Shown: positions 1 through 9,995 of the stretch, piece after piece
Layout of the letters: the number at the start of each line of letters is the position of its first letter
How positions within the stretch are numbered: the first letter of the stretch is position 1
Source: an uncultured bacterium
GTDB lineage: Bacteria > UBP7 > UBA6624
Assembly (NCBI GenBank): GCA_964507645.1
Contig: CAZDPU010000001.1
Coordinates: forward strand, 61,313 to 125,312
DNA: 64,000 nucleotides
Direction of reading: 5' to 3'
Notes under the pieces: generated by a model
What the model was told of the DNA's origin: nothing
The model's input: only the letters and a program-made list of their open reading frames with translations
The model's database searches: none
Position numbers and translations under genes: made by a program

Positions 1-2
1 AT

Positions 3-3000
3 ACTGGAATATTGCATTCAATCTGGATTTCTTCATCTTTGGATGAATGTCTAGGTGGACAAACTCAAATAAGGTATAGGAGAGGTGCTTATGATGGTTC
101 AGATCCAAATAACAGAGATGTCAATTGGGAAGAAGCTCAGAACATTTCACATGAAGAGCCAAGCAATGGAATCAAATGTGGAAGCAATGCTGAATCTCCA
201 AACTTAACTGTAGATCCCGCTGACAGTGATCATTTAATTGTTTTCTTTGGAGACGATGCGAGTGGAGATTTGGATGTTTATTGGATAGAAAGTACCGATG
301 CTGGTTCTACTTGGTCTCAAAGAAACTCTATGCCAGGTCTTGGAAACAGTGATTTGAGAGCTTCTGGACAAGGGGCACAAACTCAGCCAATTTTATCTAT
401 TGAACCTACTACAGGAAGCCCGTTTGATGATTTCTGGCATTTGAGTTTTGTGGAAGCTTCAAGTGGTCGTGCGAAGATGTTCCACATGATGAGTGATGAC
501 CAGGGTGCAAGCTGGGTTGATGGAAATAAGTATGACCAGAGAATAAACAATGCTCCACAAGTACACGTAAGGGTTGCAGCAGGTTTTGATGTTTCTGTTG
601 GAATGGCTACAAATGAATTTGGCCCTGATTTGGAATGCTGGGTTAGCGATTATGAGGATGATGGTGGATTTTTAGCACCTGTTAATCAGACTTGTGAATG
701 GAATGCAAATTATGACACAAATATTCAAAGGGCAGGCGGAGGTTTCAATCCTTCCTTTATTGAAAATGATAGTTGTGAAAATGATTCAGGTTGGGGTAAT
801 TCAGCCTCTGTTCTTTCAGGTTATTCATATGCAACAACAGGCTTGAAAAGAGTTGGTGCGAGATTCACAGACTCTGATGGAGCTGTTGGATGTGGTGTGA
901 TTTGGGTTCCGGTTAATAACAATCAGGATCGTCCACCTGTTCCTGTAATGAGGTTGAGAAATCCAAGCAATAACAATAGGGCTGTAGGAGAATTGGATGA
1001 AACTGGAAACCTTTCTGTTGAAGCACAGTGTGCTTGGCGTGTAGGTGGTTTTGGAGACAATAACAGAGGTTCTTACGACCCTGACGAAACAAGCTTTACA
1101 TGTGAATTTGTTTCTGATTGGGATCCTGGTACTTCATGGACATCACAGAATGTTCAAACAGTTAACTGTAATCCAAACAATAATCCAAATTCGGGTTCGA
1201 ATTGTGCTATTGATTTGAACTACTCTGATTGGCAAGGATTTGCTTCTGGAGATGCAAGAACCCGTGTTGGTTTGAGGGCCTGTAGTGGTGGTCCAAACCC
1301 TGGAGAATGTTCGCCGATTATCTGGAGTCATCTCTATGTTGATGATTACGAGAATAATGCTCCTGTTGTTTTGCTCAAGATTGAGGAAGACCAGAACGAG
1401 GCTTGTTCACTAGCTTCTGCAGGTGTTTTGAACCATGACTTGGCAACACCATCATTTAATGTTTGTTTTGATGCAACGGCATCATTCGACAGGGAAGATG
1501 AATTTGTCAATTTCTCAAATGGGTCTCTTATCTGTGATTCAAATTCAATAGCTACGAATTCCCCAATTGTTACAGATAATGGAGATGGTACTGGAAAATG
1601 TACTTTCAGGGAAGTTGGAGATTATGCTGTTAAATATGAGCTGACAGACAATAATGGAGAGGTTGGAGAAAGGACAGTCTTGATATCTGTTGGTTATGGA
1701 GACGATCCAAGCTCAGATGGTTACCAGCATGACATAAATGCTGGAAATAGCGATCCACAAGCTGTTGCAATAGTAAAGCCTTTTGCTGAATCTGTACGTA
1801 ATGTTTCAGAATATGACAATGCTGGCAATGCCTCTGTTTATCTAGACGGAAGGAGATCTGTGGATGCTGATGGTGAGGTTGTTTCTTGGGATTGGGATCT
1901 TAATTATGACGGTGTTACATTTAATGTTGATATAAGTGGAAGTGAATTAAATTCATCAGTTGATTCAATGTTTGGTAACAATGTTGCTGGCGCAAATTAC
2001 AGAGAGGGAGTTATTGCCTTAAGAGCAACTGACAATCTTGGCGCAACAAACATCCACGCTGTGACATACAGGGTTATGCCGAATGAAAATGAAGCACCAC
2101 AAGGTGCGATTTCTGCAAGTCCTTTCCTTGCTGGCTTTGCTCCTTTGACTGTTGACTTCAATGCTGTAGCAGTTGATACTGACGATGCAACATGGACAGA
2201 CCCAACTGATTGTGATGGTTGTACTTATGAATGGGATTTCGATGTTGTTGGGGGAACTTTTACTGTTGATGGAACAGGTGAAACTGAAAATGTGACTTTC
2301 TCAGAAGAAAAAGATTACACTGTCGGCTTGAGGATTACTGATGCTGATGGCAGCCTCTCTCCGGTTATTACAACTGTAATACATGTTGGAGACTGTCCGG
2401 ATGATGGGACTCCTTGTGATTCAGTTACGAGAAACAGGCAGCCGCAATCCTATTTCTTCATCAGTGGAGCAAGCGGTGCATTAGGGACATTCAATCCTGG
2501 AGGCTCTTATTTTGTTGATTTTGATGGTTCAAGGTCAGACGATCTTGATGGCAATATCACCGAATATCAGCCAGTTTGTAATGGAGGGACTATTTCCCAA
2601 TGGACTGGAACTACGGATTCCACTTGGAGATGTTCATATGATGAAGCAATTGATGGTATAGGTATCAAGACTGTAAGCTTAACGGTTACAGATGACGGTG
2701 GCCTCAGGGATGATTCCGGTAATGCAAGTACTATTCTTCCTGCTGACTCAGTTCTAACTCATACTGTCAATTTGGATGTTTATGTTTCTGACATGAACCA
2801 AGATCCAATGGGAAGTATTAAGGTTACAGGTGTTTACTACAACCACGATTCACTTCAGCCAGTTCCATGGAATACAGCTTTGTCAAAAGATGCTGATACA
2901 AGCATGAGTGCTGGTTCCGGAATTGCTTCAAGGGAAATCGACTGCAACTGGGCTTGGAATCTTCCATTTGACAATCCAGGCTTGACTCAGGAATCGGGTA

Positions 3001-6000
3001 GCTGTTCTGTTGCTATAGACGGAATGGTAAATGGCGCGAATCTACTTACCGTCAAGGTTAGTGATGATGAGGCTTCTCCATCCGAGGATGTCAGAACTGT
3101 TGTTGTTTGGGTTAATGAACCAGGTTCTGGTCAGCAGAGACCAGTTGCACTTGCTGATTACACGGGGTCATTGACCGTTGGATCTAGTTCAACAACTCAC
3201 AATGTTGAAATTGATTTGAACAATTCATGGGATCCAGACAATGATCCTCTCTCACATCGAATTAATTGTGGTGCTGGTGGAGGAATAATTGATTTTGCTG
3301 TGGGAACATGTAATTTCCCAAATCCTGCTCCAGGTGCTGGTCCTGTCCTACAAACAGTTGAATATTCAGTATGTGACAATGGAACTGTTGGAGGATGTGG
3401 TTTTTCTGTGGAGCCTTTAATCAGGGATCATATTGAATTTACAGACTATGTTATTGTTGCAGATGGAGTTTGTGCTACAGGCCTTTTTGCAGATGGAATT
3501 GGAGTAAGGGTTTCTAACCAGCTTAACCCACCGGATTCTGATGACAGAACAGTTGAACCTGCAGGATGTGATCCAACAGACCCTATTACAGACATAGTGT
3601 CTAATGCACAGATAAATTCAACTACTGTTGATATTCCAGATGGAGAATGTATTGCTCAAGCTTTCCGTGTAGGAAACCCTATACGTATTGAAGATGATAA
3701 TATGTTTGGTGCAGGACCTACAAATACAACAATTACCAACTGTACTCCTGGCAGCCCAGACGTACTAGAGTTTGCTGATCCTTTGCTTGAAACTGTTCAG
3801 GATGGAGATAATGCCCGCGTTGTAAGCCTTTTGGATACTGTAAGAGTTGATGGAGGTTTCTTGGGTGGAGCAATGTCTCCTGCATACCTGGTTGATGATG
3901 GTGCTCAAATTGAAGAAATCCGTGAAGGAACGCTTGGTTCTGGTGCAACTGCTGGAGACAACCAGTTGCAACTCGCAGCTGGAAGCTGTGCTGATCCTGA
4001 ATTGAACCTTATTAGAGGAAGACAGGGTCTAGTTAGGGAAAATGAAACTTTGACTTCAGTCTTCACAATAGACACATGTGGTGTTGTGGGTGCTGACATT
4101 ATTACTTTCCCTGAACCTTTGAGAGATGATTACACAACCAATGGAATTATCGACATGAATGACAATCTCGATATTGAGTATTTGACATTTGAAATCTGGA
4201 ACAACAGGCCTCCTGTTGTTGTTGCTCATGAAGAAAACACTGACTGGGTTGTCCCAGTTGGAGGAACTACGAGTTGGCATTCAAGATCCCAGGATGAAGG
4301 GGATCCACTTTACCTTTCATGGGATCCAGACGGTGATGCCTTGCAGTATGCATGGGAATGCGACAGTGTTGGAGCAGGGAACACATCATCTCAAGACTGT
4401 CAATTTGACACTGTTGGAAGGCCAGCAGTTTCTCTTGTTGTAAGTGATGGAGATTTGTCCGGACAGGACAACCACAACATTGCGAGAGCAACAAACACGA
4501 CACCGATGCCAATTGTTTATATTGATCCTCAAACTGATTTCTTGCCAGTTGTGGATACTTTAATGACATCAAACAATGTTGTTTTGGTTGGAGGCTCAAC
4601 TGTGGATCTTGAGGGCCAATTAAGTAATCCTCCTTGGAGTACAACATTCCAGTGGGATTGTGGAGATGGAAATGGACTAAATACAAGTCCTCCATTCTCT
4701 CCAGGTCCATTTAACTATGACCTATGTTCTTACCCGGCTTCCAATACTCCAATGATTCCACATAGTGTTAGCCCAATTGAACTTATAGTGAATGATCCAC
4801 ATGTTTCTCCTGGATGTGCGAGCTATTTCTGTTTGCCTGGCTCCACCTCCTTGGGCGTTATCCCTGTTAGGAACATGTTAAATAGAGCTCCAAGAGCTGC
4901 TATTTCAGGTCCTGAAAACTGGGATCCAAACACGAATCCAAATAACCCTTGGGAGGAAGATCATTTGAACTGGGTTGGAACTTTTGATGTTTCTGTGAGC
5001 TCTGCTCCAAACTTCAATGGTACTTTTTCTGTTCCTCTTTCAGCTCATAACTCCATTGACCCTGATGATCAAGCACTGACTTATTCTTGGGATTGTGGCG
5101 ATGGTAGCCCTATTGTAAATACACCAGTGCATACTTGTGTTTATCAGGATGATGCTGTTGCGAGTGATGTTAGAGATGGTTTGACAGACTTGGGCAATGA
5201 TGGAATTGGGGATATGTGGACTGTAACTTTGACAGTAACAGACTCAATGGGTGTTTCTGATACAGATACTGCTAGTGTAAGAGTCGTTGAACAGCTTTCT
5301 CCACAGAGTGGAATTTTCCAAAGTGATGCAAATGGTCAAAACAATTATTGGGTAGCTGATTCTGATCCAAACATTGCAGACCTCAAACAACCTGACTTAG
5401 AGCTTTTGGATGTTTTTGCGGACGGAACATACCTTTTCCCGAAACCATTAACTCCATTTGGTGGTGAGAATCCTGGAGGATGTCCTTTTGAAGAACTTCC
5501 AAATTGTGATTCTGCAAATACCCTTTTTGATTCCGTCGTGCATCTTGACGCTTCAAGGAGTTTAGATCCTTATGGAAGGAATATCTTTGTTCAGATTGAT
5601 TGTGACTGGATTGATCCAAATGATTTTGCTACCTTCTCTCCGGATATGAGTGGTTCTACTTTCGATGCTTTGGCACCTGCTTGGTTTGAGCATGTATGTA
5701 GAGATCAGGTTTCTGGACCAGCTTTATGGAATGGAACTGATTCACCAAATTCAGGAGATTCTTCTACATACACCGTTTCAAGAAATGTTTCTGTTAGGGT
5801 TTGTGAAACTGCGTCAACAACAGCATGTGCTGCTTCTGCTAGAGAAGACATTTCATCATTTGATATGACCTTGTGGAGGAACAGGGTTCCTTTGGCCCAC
5901 ATAACAATACAGGATGATGTTTTCTCAGGGGACAATTCAAGGAATGTTGACTATACAGCACGTTCTTCTTGGGATCCAGATGGTGACCCAGTTCTCTTTG

Positions 6001-8246
6001 GAGACGGTGCTGGAACCATAGATAAAGATGGTCTTGCTAACTGGACTGGAATAACACCTGATATATGTCCAGATGGTGGAACTTTCTGCGACGATAAAGA
6101 CCAGGTTCCTCAGTGGGTATGTGATGATGGAGGTAGTTGGCCTTATCAAACAGGTTTTGGAAACAATAAGGTAGTTTGGGATGTTGACCAGGGTCACAGA
6201 ATTGGATCCGGGTCTTCCTTAGGGGAGCAAGGTGTAGATGGAGAAGATTCATTTAGGTGTCTTGTTTCTGGCCAGGGTGTTACGTTCAGGCCAACTCTTT
6301 ATGTTTCTGATGGAGATCCTTCTGATGAAGGATACAGTTTGGAGTCTTGTATTGAATACTCTGACTCAGGAAACCCATTTGCTTCTACTTTAGATAATCA
6401 TGTTTGTGCAAATGGAAATCCAATACATCTTGGTGGAGTTGGAAATGGCTTAACTGTCAATAATCCGCCTTCAGCTTGGATAATCCAACAGACAAAGGGT
6501 GATCTTTTTGGAATTACACCATTCCAGGTTAGCCTTTCTGCTGATCATTATGATCCAGATGGAGATCCTTTATCAAACAACTTTAATAGCGCTACTGGTT
6601 TTGAGTGGGATTATCATTATTCAAGATCTTGGTACTGGGGTGGTAACAATGACGATGTGTTAAATGTTAATGACTTCAATTATCAAGATGATAATGTTTC
6701 TGATTTTGATATCGATAGTGCAGGGGTTTGGAATTTTGCTGTTAGGGCAACTACAGAAGGTACACATACAGCCTTAGTTCAAAGTGATGGATCTGGTGCA
6801 AATTGTTTTGATGAAGACTTAGGAGACGTGTATCCATGTGATACAAGCATGATGGATCTTCCTCAGGTTGTTTGGGATAACATACTCGGTCTTGTTGGAG
6901 GTATCTCTTCTAGCCAAGACTGTAAGTGGGGTGTTCAAGATCCTCTTGACTTACTCCTTTATGGTGATGGGGGAATGTTCCTTCTGAAAGATGAAGATGC
7001 TGCTATGTACAACATAGGCCAAAGTGTCGAAGTTTTTGGAGGTCCTTTCAACCAAACATTCCTTGCAGGTTCAGTTTGTGATATTGTCGATATTCCAAGT
7101 GGCTGGAATGGATTAGATGGGGATCTTTCAAGAGTTTATATTAACTGGAATGGATTCCTTTTCCAACAGTTGCCAATTGGTGAAACTTTTATCAGAAATA
7201 CAGACAACACATTGACCGGAACTGAGGAAATAAAGACATTTACCGTTACAACTGATGGTTATGTTGGAAATCTTCAGATACCAACAAGGCATGCTCAGTC
7301 TGGAAACATACTTTCTAATGGAGCTTCTGCTGGTGCAAATAATGATACCCAAAATGACTTCCATGCATCCGCTTTTGGGGAATGGGACGGTTGGTCGATT
7401 ATAGATTCTGAAGACCAAAGGCCGGATTCGACTGTTATGGAGAGTTCTGATTTTGACAATAACAACCAGGTCTTTGGACAGTATTCATTATTCTTTGACT
7501 CAAGTCCTCCAAACAATCCTCAACATACAGTTATGTTTAACAGGTTTGTCCATACTTCAAATGATGCTGCTATAAGTGGTTCTTTCGGAGGTTGGTTCAA
7601 TATGAATTATGAAGATCAACTTGTTGGAACTTCACAAGCAGGTTCTAATATTTCTGTTCTTGACTCGTTTGGATTTGGTTTAGCTATTGATTCTGCTGCT
7701 TGTAGTCCGAGTGCCATTGAGGGTGTTTGTAGGAATGTTACAACTCTTGAAACAGGACTTTATCCAAGTTTGGCAGATGTTTCAAAGACGTTAAATTCTG
7801 CTTCTCCTGATATGTTTGTTGCGTTCAGTTCCACCAACAAGACACTGACAAAGAAAACAACAGACAGGGGTAGAAGCTGGGAAAATGTTTCTGATGTGAA
7901 CAACAGTGGAACAGCTGCATCTCCACTTTACTTGAGGGTTAGTGCTGATATCTCCGATGATATACTCGCTGTCGCTTGGGCAGATACTAGTGTAAATTCA
8001 ACTGAGAGGGTTACTCTAGGATGTACTGACAACATGAACCCAACTTGGCAACTTAATGATTATTCAATTGGGGATCCAATACAGTCACCTAATGTTCAGC
8101 ATAGTCCAGCTATTGAGATTTTTGGAGACATCATTTTTACACTCTGGTCTGACAACAGGAGAGGTGGCCAAAGCAGTGAAGAGGTTTTCTTTAGGATATT
8201 TGATGGGACTGATGACATCAATAATCCGACTTCTTGTTACCAGTAG
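3..8246 (+). CDS. Giant secreted multidomain protein, 5'-partial (>2744 aa): BNR/Asp-box beta-propeller-like modules at both ends plus at least 8 PKD-like Ig repeats
   Basis: Single ORF open to the window start (no in-frame stop in nt 3-11; ORF track starts at TTG 12). Asp-box motifs STDAGSTW, SDDQGASW, TTDRGRSW; repeated PKD-type signatures SWDPDNDPL, LSWDPDGDALQYAWECD, FQWDCGDGNG, YSWDCGDGSP, SSWDPDGDPVLFGDGAG, HYDPDGDPL, YEWDFDVVGG. D/N/G/T/S-rich, Cys-containing, no TM segments in the part seen. GC visibly higher (~40%) than the rest of the window. Confidence 0.8.
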   Translation, partial: TGILHSIWISSSLDECLGGQTQIRYRRGAYDGSDPNNRDVNWEEAQNISHEEPSNGIKCGSNAESPNLTVDPADSDHLIVFFGDDASGDLDVYWIESTDAGSTWSQRNSMPGLGNSDLRASGQGAQTQPILSIEPTTGSPFDDFWHLSFVEASSGRAKMFHMMSDDQGASWVDGNKYDQRINNAPQVHVRVAAGFDVSVGMATNEFGPDLECWVSDYEDDGGFLAPVNQTCEWNANYDTNIQRAGGGFNPSFIENDSCENDSGWGNSASVLSGYSYATTGLKRVGARFTDSDGAVGCGVIWVPVNNNQDRPPVPVMRLRNPSNNNRAVGELDETGNLSVEAQCAWRVGGFGDNNRGSYDPDETSFTCEFVSDWDPGTSWTSQNVQTVNCNPNNNPNSGSNCAIDLNYSDWQGFASGDARTRVGLRACSGGPNPGECSPIIWSHLYVDDYENNAPVVLLKIEEDQNEACSLASAGVLNHDLATPSFNVCFDATASFDREDEFVNFSNGSLICDSNSIATNSPIVTDNGDGTGKCTFREVGDYAVKYELTDNNGEVGERTVLISVGYGDDPSSDGYQHDINAGNSDPQAVAIVKPFAESVRNVSEYDNAGNASVYLDGRRSVDADGEVVSWDWDLNYDGVTFNVDISGSELNSSVDSMFGNNVAGANYREGVIALRATDNLGATNIHAVTYRVMPNENEAPQGAISASPFLAGFAPLTVDFNAVAVDTDDATWTDPTDCDGCTYEWDFDVVGGTFTVDGTGETENVTFSEEKDYTVGLRITDADGSLSPVITTVIHVGDCPDDGTPCDSVTRNRQPQSYFFISGASGALGTFNPGGSYFVDFDGSRSDDLDGNITEYQPVCNGGTISQWTGTTDSTWRCSYDEAIDGIGIKTVSLTVTDDGGLRDDSGNASTILPADSVLTHTVNLDVYVSDMNQDPMGSIKVTGVYYNHDSLQPVPWNTALSKDADTSMSAGSGIASREIDCNWAWNLPFDNPGLTQESGSCSVAIDGMVNGANLLTVKVSDDEASPSEDVRTVVVWVNEPGSGQQRPVALADYTGSLTVGSSSTTHNVEIDLNNSWDPDNDPLSHRINCGAGGGIIDFAVGTCNFPNPAPGAGPVLQTVEYSVCDNGTVGGCGFSVEPLIRDHIEFTDYVIVADGVCATGLFADGIGVRVSNQLNPPDSDDRTVEPAGCDPTDPITDIVSNAQINSTTVDIPDGECIAQAFRVGNPIRIEDDNMFGAGPTNTTITNCTPGSPDVLEFADPLLETVQDGDNARVVSLLDTVRVDGGFLGGAMSPAYLVDDGAQIEEIREGTLGSGATAGDNQLQLAAGSCADPELNLIRGRQGLVRENETLTSVFTIDTCGVVGADIITFPEPLRDDYTTNGIIDMNDNLDIEYLTFEIWNNRPPVVVAHEENTDWVVPVGGTTSWHSRSQDEGDPLYLSWDPDGDALQYAWECDSVGAGNTSSQDCQFDTVGRPAVSLVVSDGDLSGQDNHNIARATNTTPMPIVYIDPQTDFLPVVDTLMTSNNVVLVGGSTVDLEGQLSNPPWSTTFQWDCGDGNGLNTSPPFSPGPFNYDLCSYPASNTPMIPHSVSPIELIVNDPHVSPGCASYFCLPGSTSLGVIPVRNMLNRAPRAAISGPENWDPNTNPNNPWEEDHLNWVGTFDVSVSSAPNFNGTFSVPLSAHNSIDPDDQALTYSWDCGDGSPIVNTPVHTCVYQDDAVASDVRDGLTDLGNDGIGDMWTVTLTVTDSMGVSDTDTASVRVVEQLSPQSGIFQSDANGQNNYWVADSDPNIADLKQPDLELLDVFADGTYLFPKPLTPFGGENPGGCPFEELPNCDSANTLFDSVVHLDASRSLDPYGRNIFVQIDCDWIDPNDFATFSPDMSGSTFDALAPAWFEHVCRDQVSGPALWNGTDSPNSGDSSTYTVSRNVSVRVCETASTTACAASAREDISSFDMTLWRNRVPLAHITIQDDVFSGDNSRNVDYTARSSWDPDGDPVLFGDGAGTIDKDGLANWTGITPDICPDGGTFCDDKDQVPQWVCDDGGSWPYQTGFGNNKVVWDVDQGHRIGSGSSLGEQGVDGEDSFRCLVSGQGVTFRPTLYVSDGDPSDEGYSLESCIEYSDSGNPFASTLDNHVCANGNPIHLGGVGNGLTVNNPPSAWIIQQTKGDLFGITPFQVSLSADHYDPDGDPLSNNFNSATGFEWDYHYSRSWYWGGNNDDVLNVNDFNYQDDNVSDFDIDSAGVWNFAVRATTEGTHTALVQSDGSGANCFDEDLGDVYPCDTSMMDLPQVVWDNILGLVGGISSSQDCKWGVQDPLDLLLYGDGGMFLLKDEDAAMYNIGQSVEVFGGPFNQTFLAGSVCDIVDIPSGWNGLDGDLSRVYINWNGFLFQQLPIGETFIRNTDNTLTGTEEIKTFTVTTDGYVGNLQIPTRHAQSGNILSNGASAGANNDTQNDFHASAFGEWDGWSIIDSEDQRPDSTVMESSDFDNNNQVFGQYSLFFDSSPPNNPQHTVMFNRFVHTSNDAAISGSFGGWFNMNYEDQLVGTSQAGSNISVLDSFGFGLAIDSAACSPSAIEGVCRNVTTLETGLYPSLADVSKTLNSASPDMFVAFSSTNKTLTKKTTDRGRSWENVSDVNNSGTAASPLYLRVSADISDDILAVAWADTSVNSTERVTLGCTDNMNPTWQLNDYSIGDPIQSPNVQHSPAIEIFGDIIFTLWSDNRRGGQSSEEVFFRIFDGTDDINNPTSCYQ

Positions 8247-8259
8247 CTTTGAGAAGGGC

Positions 8260-8296
8260 AACAAGGAATGCAGAAAGCGCATTCCTTGTTTGTCCT
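8260..8296. terminator. Putative bidirectional rho-independent terminator between convergent giant gene and gpsA
   Basis: Perfect 12-bp inverted repeat aacaaggaatgc (8260-8271) / gcattccttgtt (8279-8290) with 7-nt loop agaaagc, followed by a T-rich run tgtcctgttt. Sits between stop 8244-8246 (+) and stop 8299-8301 (-). Confidence 0.5.
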
Positions 8297-8298
8297 GT

Positions 8299-9279
8299 TT
8301 AATCTATTTCTTTTTTCTTTGAAGGTCTTTGTAAGAGTGTCTTTACAACATCTTTAACTGTTTTCTTTTTATAGATAACATCATTTATAGCGCAGGCTAA
8401 CGGAACGTCTATATTTTTTTCATTTGAAAGGTTTATAAGTCCGTTTAAAGTTCTTATACCTTCACTTTCTCCTGTTAGGCTTTTAAGAGAATCTTCAAGA
8501 GAAATGCCTTTTGCAATTTGATTTCCAAGCTGCCAATTCTTACTGTCTTTTCCTGTTGCTGTAAGTATAAGATCCCCTAGTCCAGCTAAACCCCAAAGAG
8601 TTTTTTTGTCTGTTTTAAAATAATCAAAAACTCTTGAAGTTTCAACCAATGCTCTTGAAATCATTGCAGCTCTTGCATTTTTCCCTAGGTTGGCACCATC
8701 AACCATCCCAGAGCCTATAGCATATACATTTTTAAGAACACCCCCAAGGCTAACCCCTAAAATATCGTCAGAGTAATAAGTTCTCAAAGAGCTGTTTTTT
8801 AAAATTTCTTCAATCTTTTTTGGCCTTTTTTCTCCAGCAATTACTGTTGCTGCTGGAAGTCCATGAATTATTTCGGTAGCAAAGTTCGGTCCTGAGAGCA
8901 CATAAATGTTATTTTTCAAATTTTCGTTTAACCAATTTCCTATGGGGTTGAATCCCTTTGGAGCTAATCCTTTTGACAAAACAAGAATGTCAACACCTGA
9001 ATAATGTTTTAAGAAATCTTTGGTAAGCCACTCTTTTGTGAATTTTGTTGGAACTGACCAAACTAAAAAATCAGGAATTTCTGAAATTTCATTTTTGTTT
9101 ATTGCTGTAATTTTATTATTTAGTTTTTTTCTTTCGAACAATGGGTGAATTTTTTCTTGATTGAATTTTTTTTCATCTTCATTGTCTGTTGTCAGTATTG
9201 TGACTTTAGCATTTTGGCTTGCAAGAAGATTTGAAAATGAAATCCCCCAAGAACCGAACCCAGCTACATGAATCTTCAT
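8299..9279 (-). CDS. gpsA: NAD(P)H-dependent glycerol-3-phosphate dehydrogenase
   Basis: N-terminal Rossmann motif MKIHVAGFGSWG. Family-typical GLAGLGDLILT, VLKNVYAIG and EGI-T motifs. 4-bp overlap with upstream plsY (conserved plsY-gpsA pair). Confidence 0.9.
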   Translation of the reverse strand: MKIHVAGFGSWGISFSNLLASQNAKVTILTTDNEDEKKFNQEKIHPLFERKKLNNKITAINKNEISEIPDFLVWSVPTKFTKEWLTKDFLKHYSGVDILVLSKGLAPKGFNPIGNWLNENLKNNIYVLSGPNFATEIIHGLPAATVIAGEKRPKKIEEILKNSSLRTYYSDDILGVSLGGVLKNVYAIGSGMVDGANLGKNARAAMISRALVETSRVFDYFKTDKKTLWGLAGLGDLILTATGKDSKNWQLGNQIAKGISLEDSLKSLTGESEGIRTLNGLINLSNEKNIDVPLACAINDVIYKKKTVKDVVKTLLQRPSKKKEID

Positions 9280-9953
9280 TTGATTTTACTTTCAGTTCCT
9301 TTTTTCAATCTTGTTAAATTTTCTCTATGCAAAAATACAACCAAAATGATTATAGGTAATGTTTGAAGCAAAATGTGAGGTATGCTTTCATCAAGATTAA
9401 TAAAGTAATTTCCACTTTTATGAATAATTTTTAAGTTATTTTTTAAATAAAGATATGAGCTTAATGGAAGCAAGCATGTTGAAATAATGGATCCAAGTGA
9501 AACAAATTTAGATTTTTTTATGGTTATTAAATAAAAAGAAAGACAAATCAGCATATATTCAAAATTAAAAAATATAAATGAACCAAACGTTGTAGCAACA
9601 CCTTTGCCACCTTTCCAATTCATAAAGGGAGAAAAAGCATGTCCTAAAACTGCAAAAAGAGGAAGTAGGCATATTGCAATATTTATATTGTTTTCATTGT
9701 GAAATCCAGATGAAAGCATGTTGTAAGAAATAGAAACTCCAAGGTATCCTTTTAGCATATCAAGCAAAAGTGTCATATAGCCATACTTTGAGCCAAATGT
9801 TCTTCCAACATTTGTTGACCCAATGTTTTTGGAACCATGTTTTCTTATGTCTTTTTTAAATAACATTTTCACCAAAACATATCCTGAAGGTATTGATCCA
9901 AAAATAAAAGGTATCAGAAAAAATGTCCAAAAGTTTGAAAGGAAGTTTTCCAT
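9276..9953 (-). CDS. plsY: Glycerol-3-phosphate acyltransferase PlsY (acyl-phosphate dependent)
   Basis: Polytopic membrane protein with PlsY signature GSKNIGSTNVGRTFG and a WKGGKGVAT motif. Coupled to gpsA. Confidence 0.85.
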   Translation of the reverse strand: MENFLSNFWTFFLIPFIFGSIPSGYVLVKMLFKKDIRKHGSKNIGSTNVGRTFGSKYGYMTLLLDMLKGYLGVSISYNMLSSGFHNENNINIAICLLPLFAVLGHAFSPFMNWKGGKGVATTFGSFIFFNFEYMLICLSFYLITIKKSKFVSLGSIISTCLLPLSSYLYLKNNLKIIHKSGNYFINLDESIPHILLQTLPIIILVVFLHRENLTRLKKGTESKIK

Positions 9954-9995
9954 TGTGTTTAATATTAATTTAAATCTTCTAGAATTTGTTATTAG

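Noticed and set aside
4267-4710. 147-aa and several 60-100 aa ORFs on both strands inside the giant gene
   Set aside because: Embedded in a continuous 8.2-kb sense ORF with strong domain periodicity. Alternative-frame ORFs are expected by chance in GC-richer sequence.
1-8246. Higher-GC 8-kb block as a horizontally acquired genomic island
   Set aside because: No flanking tRNA, integrase or direct repeats visible. The GC shift may be caused by Gly/Asp/Thr/Ala-rich composition. Kept only as a low-interest observation.
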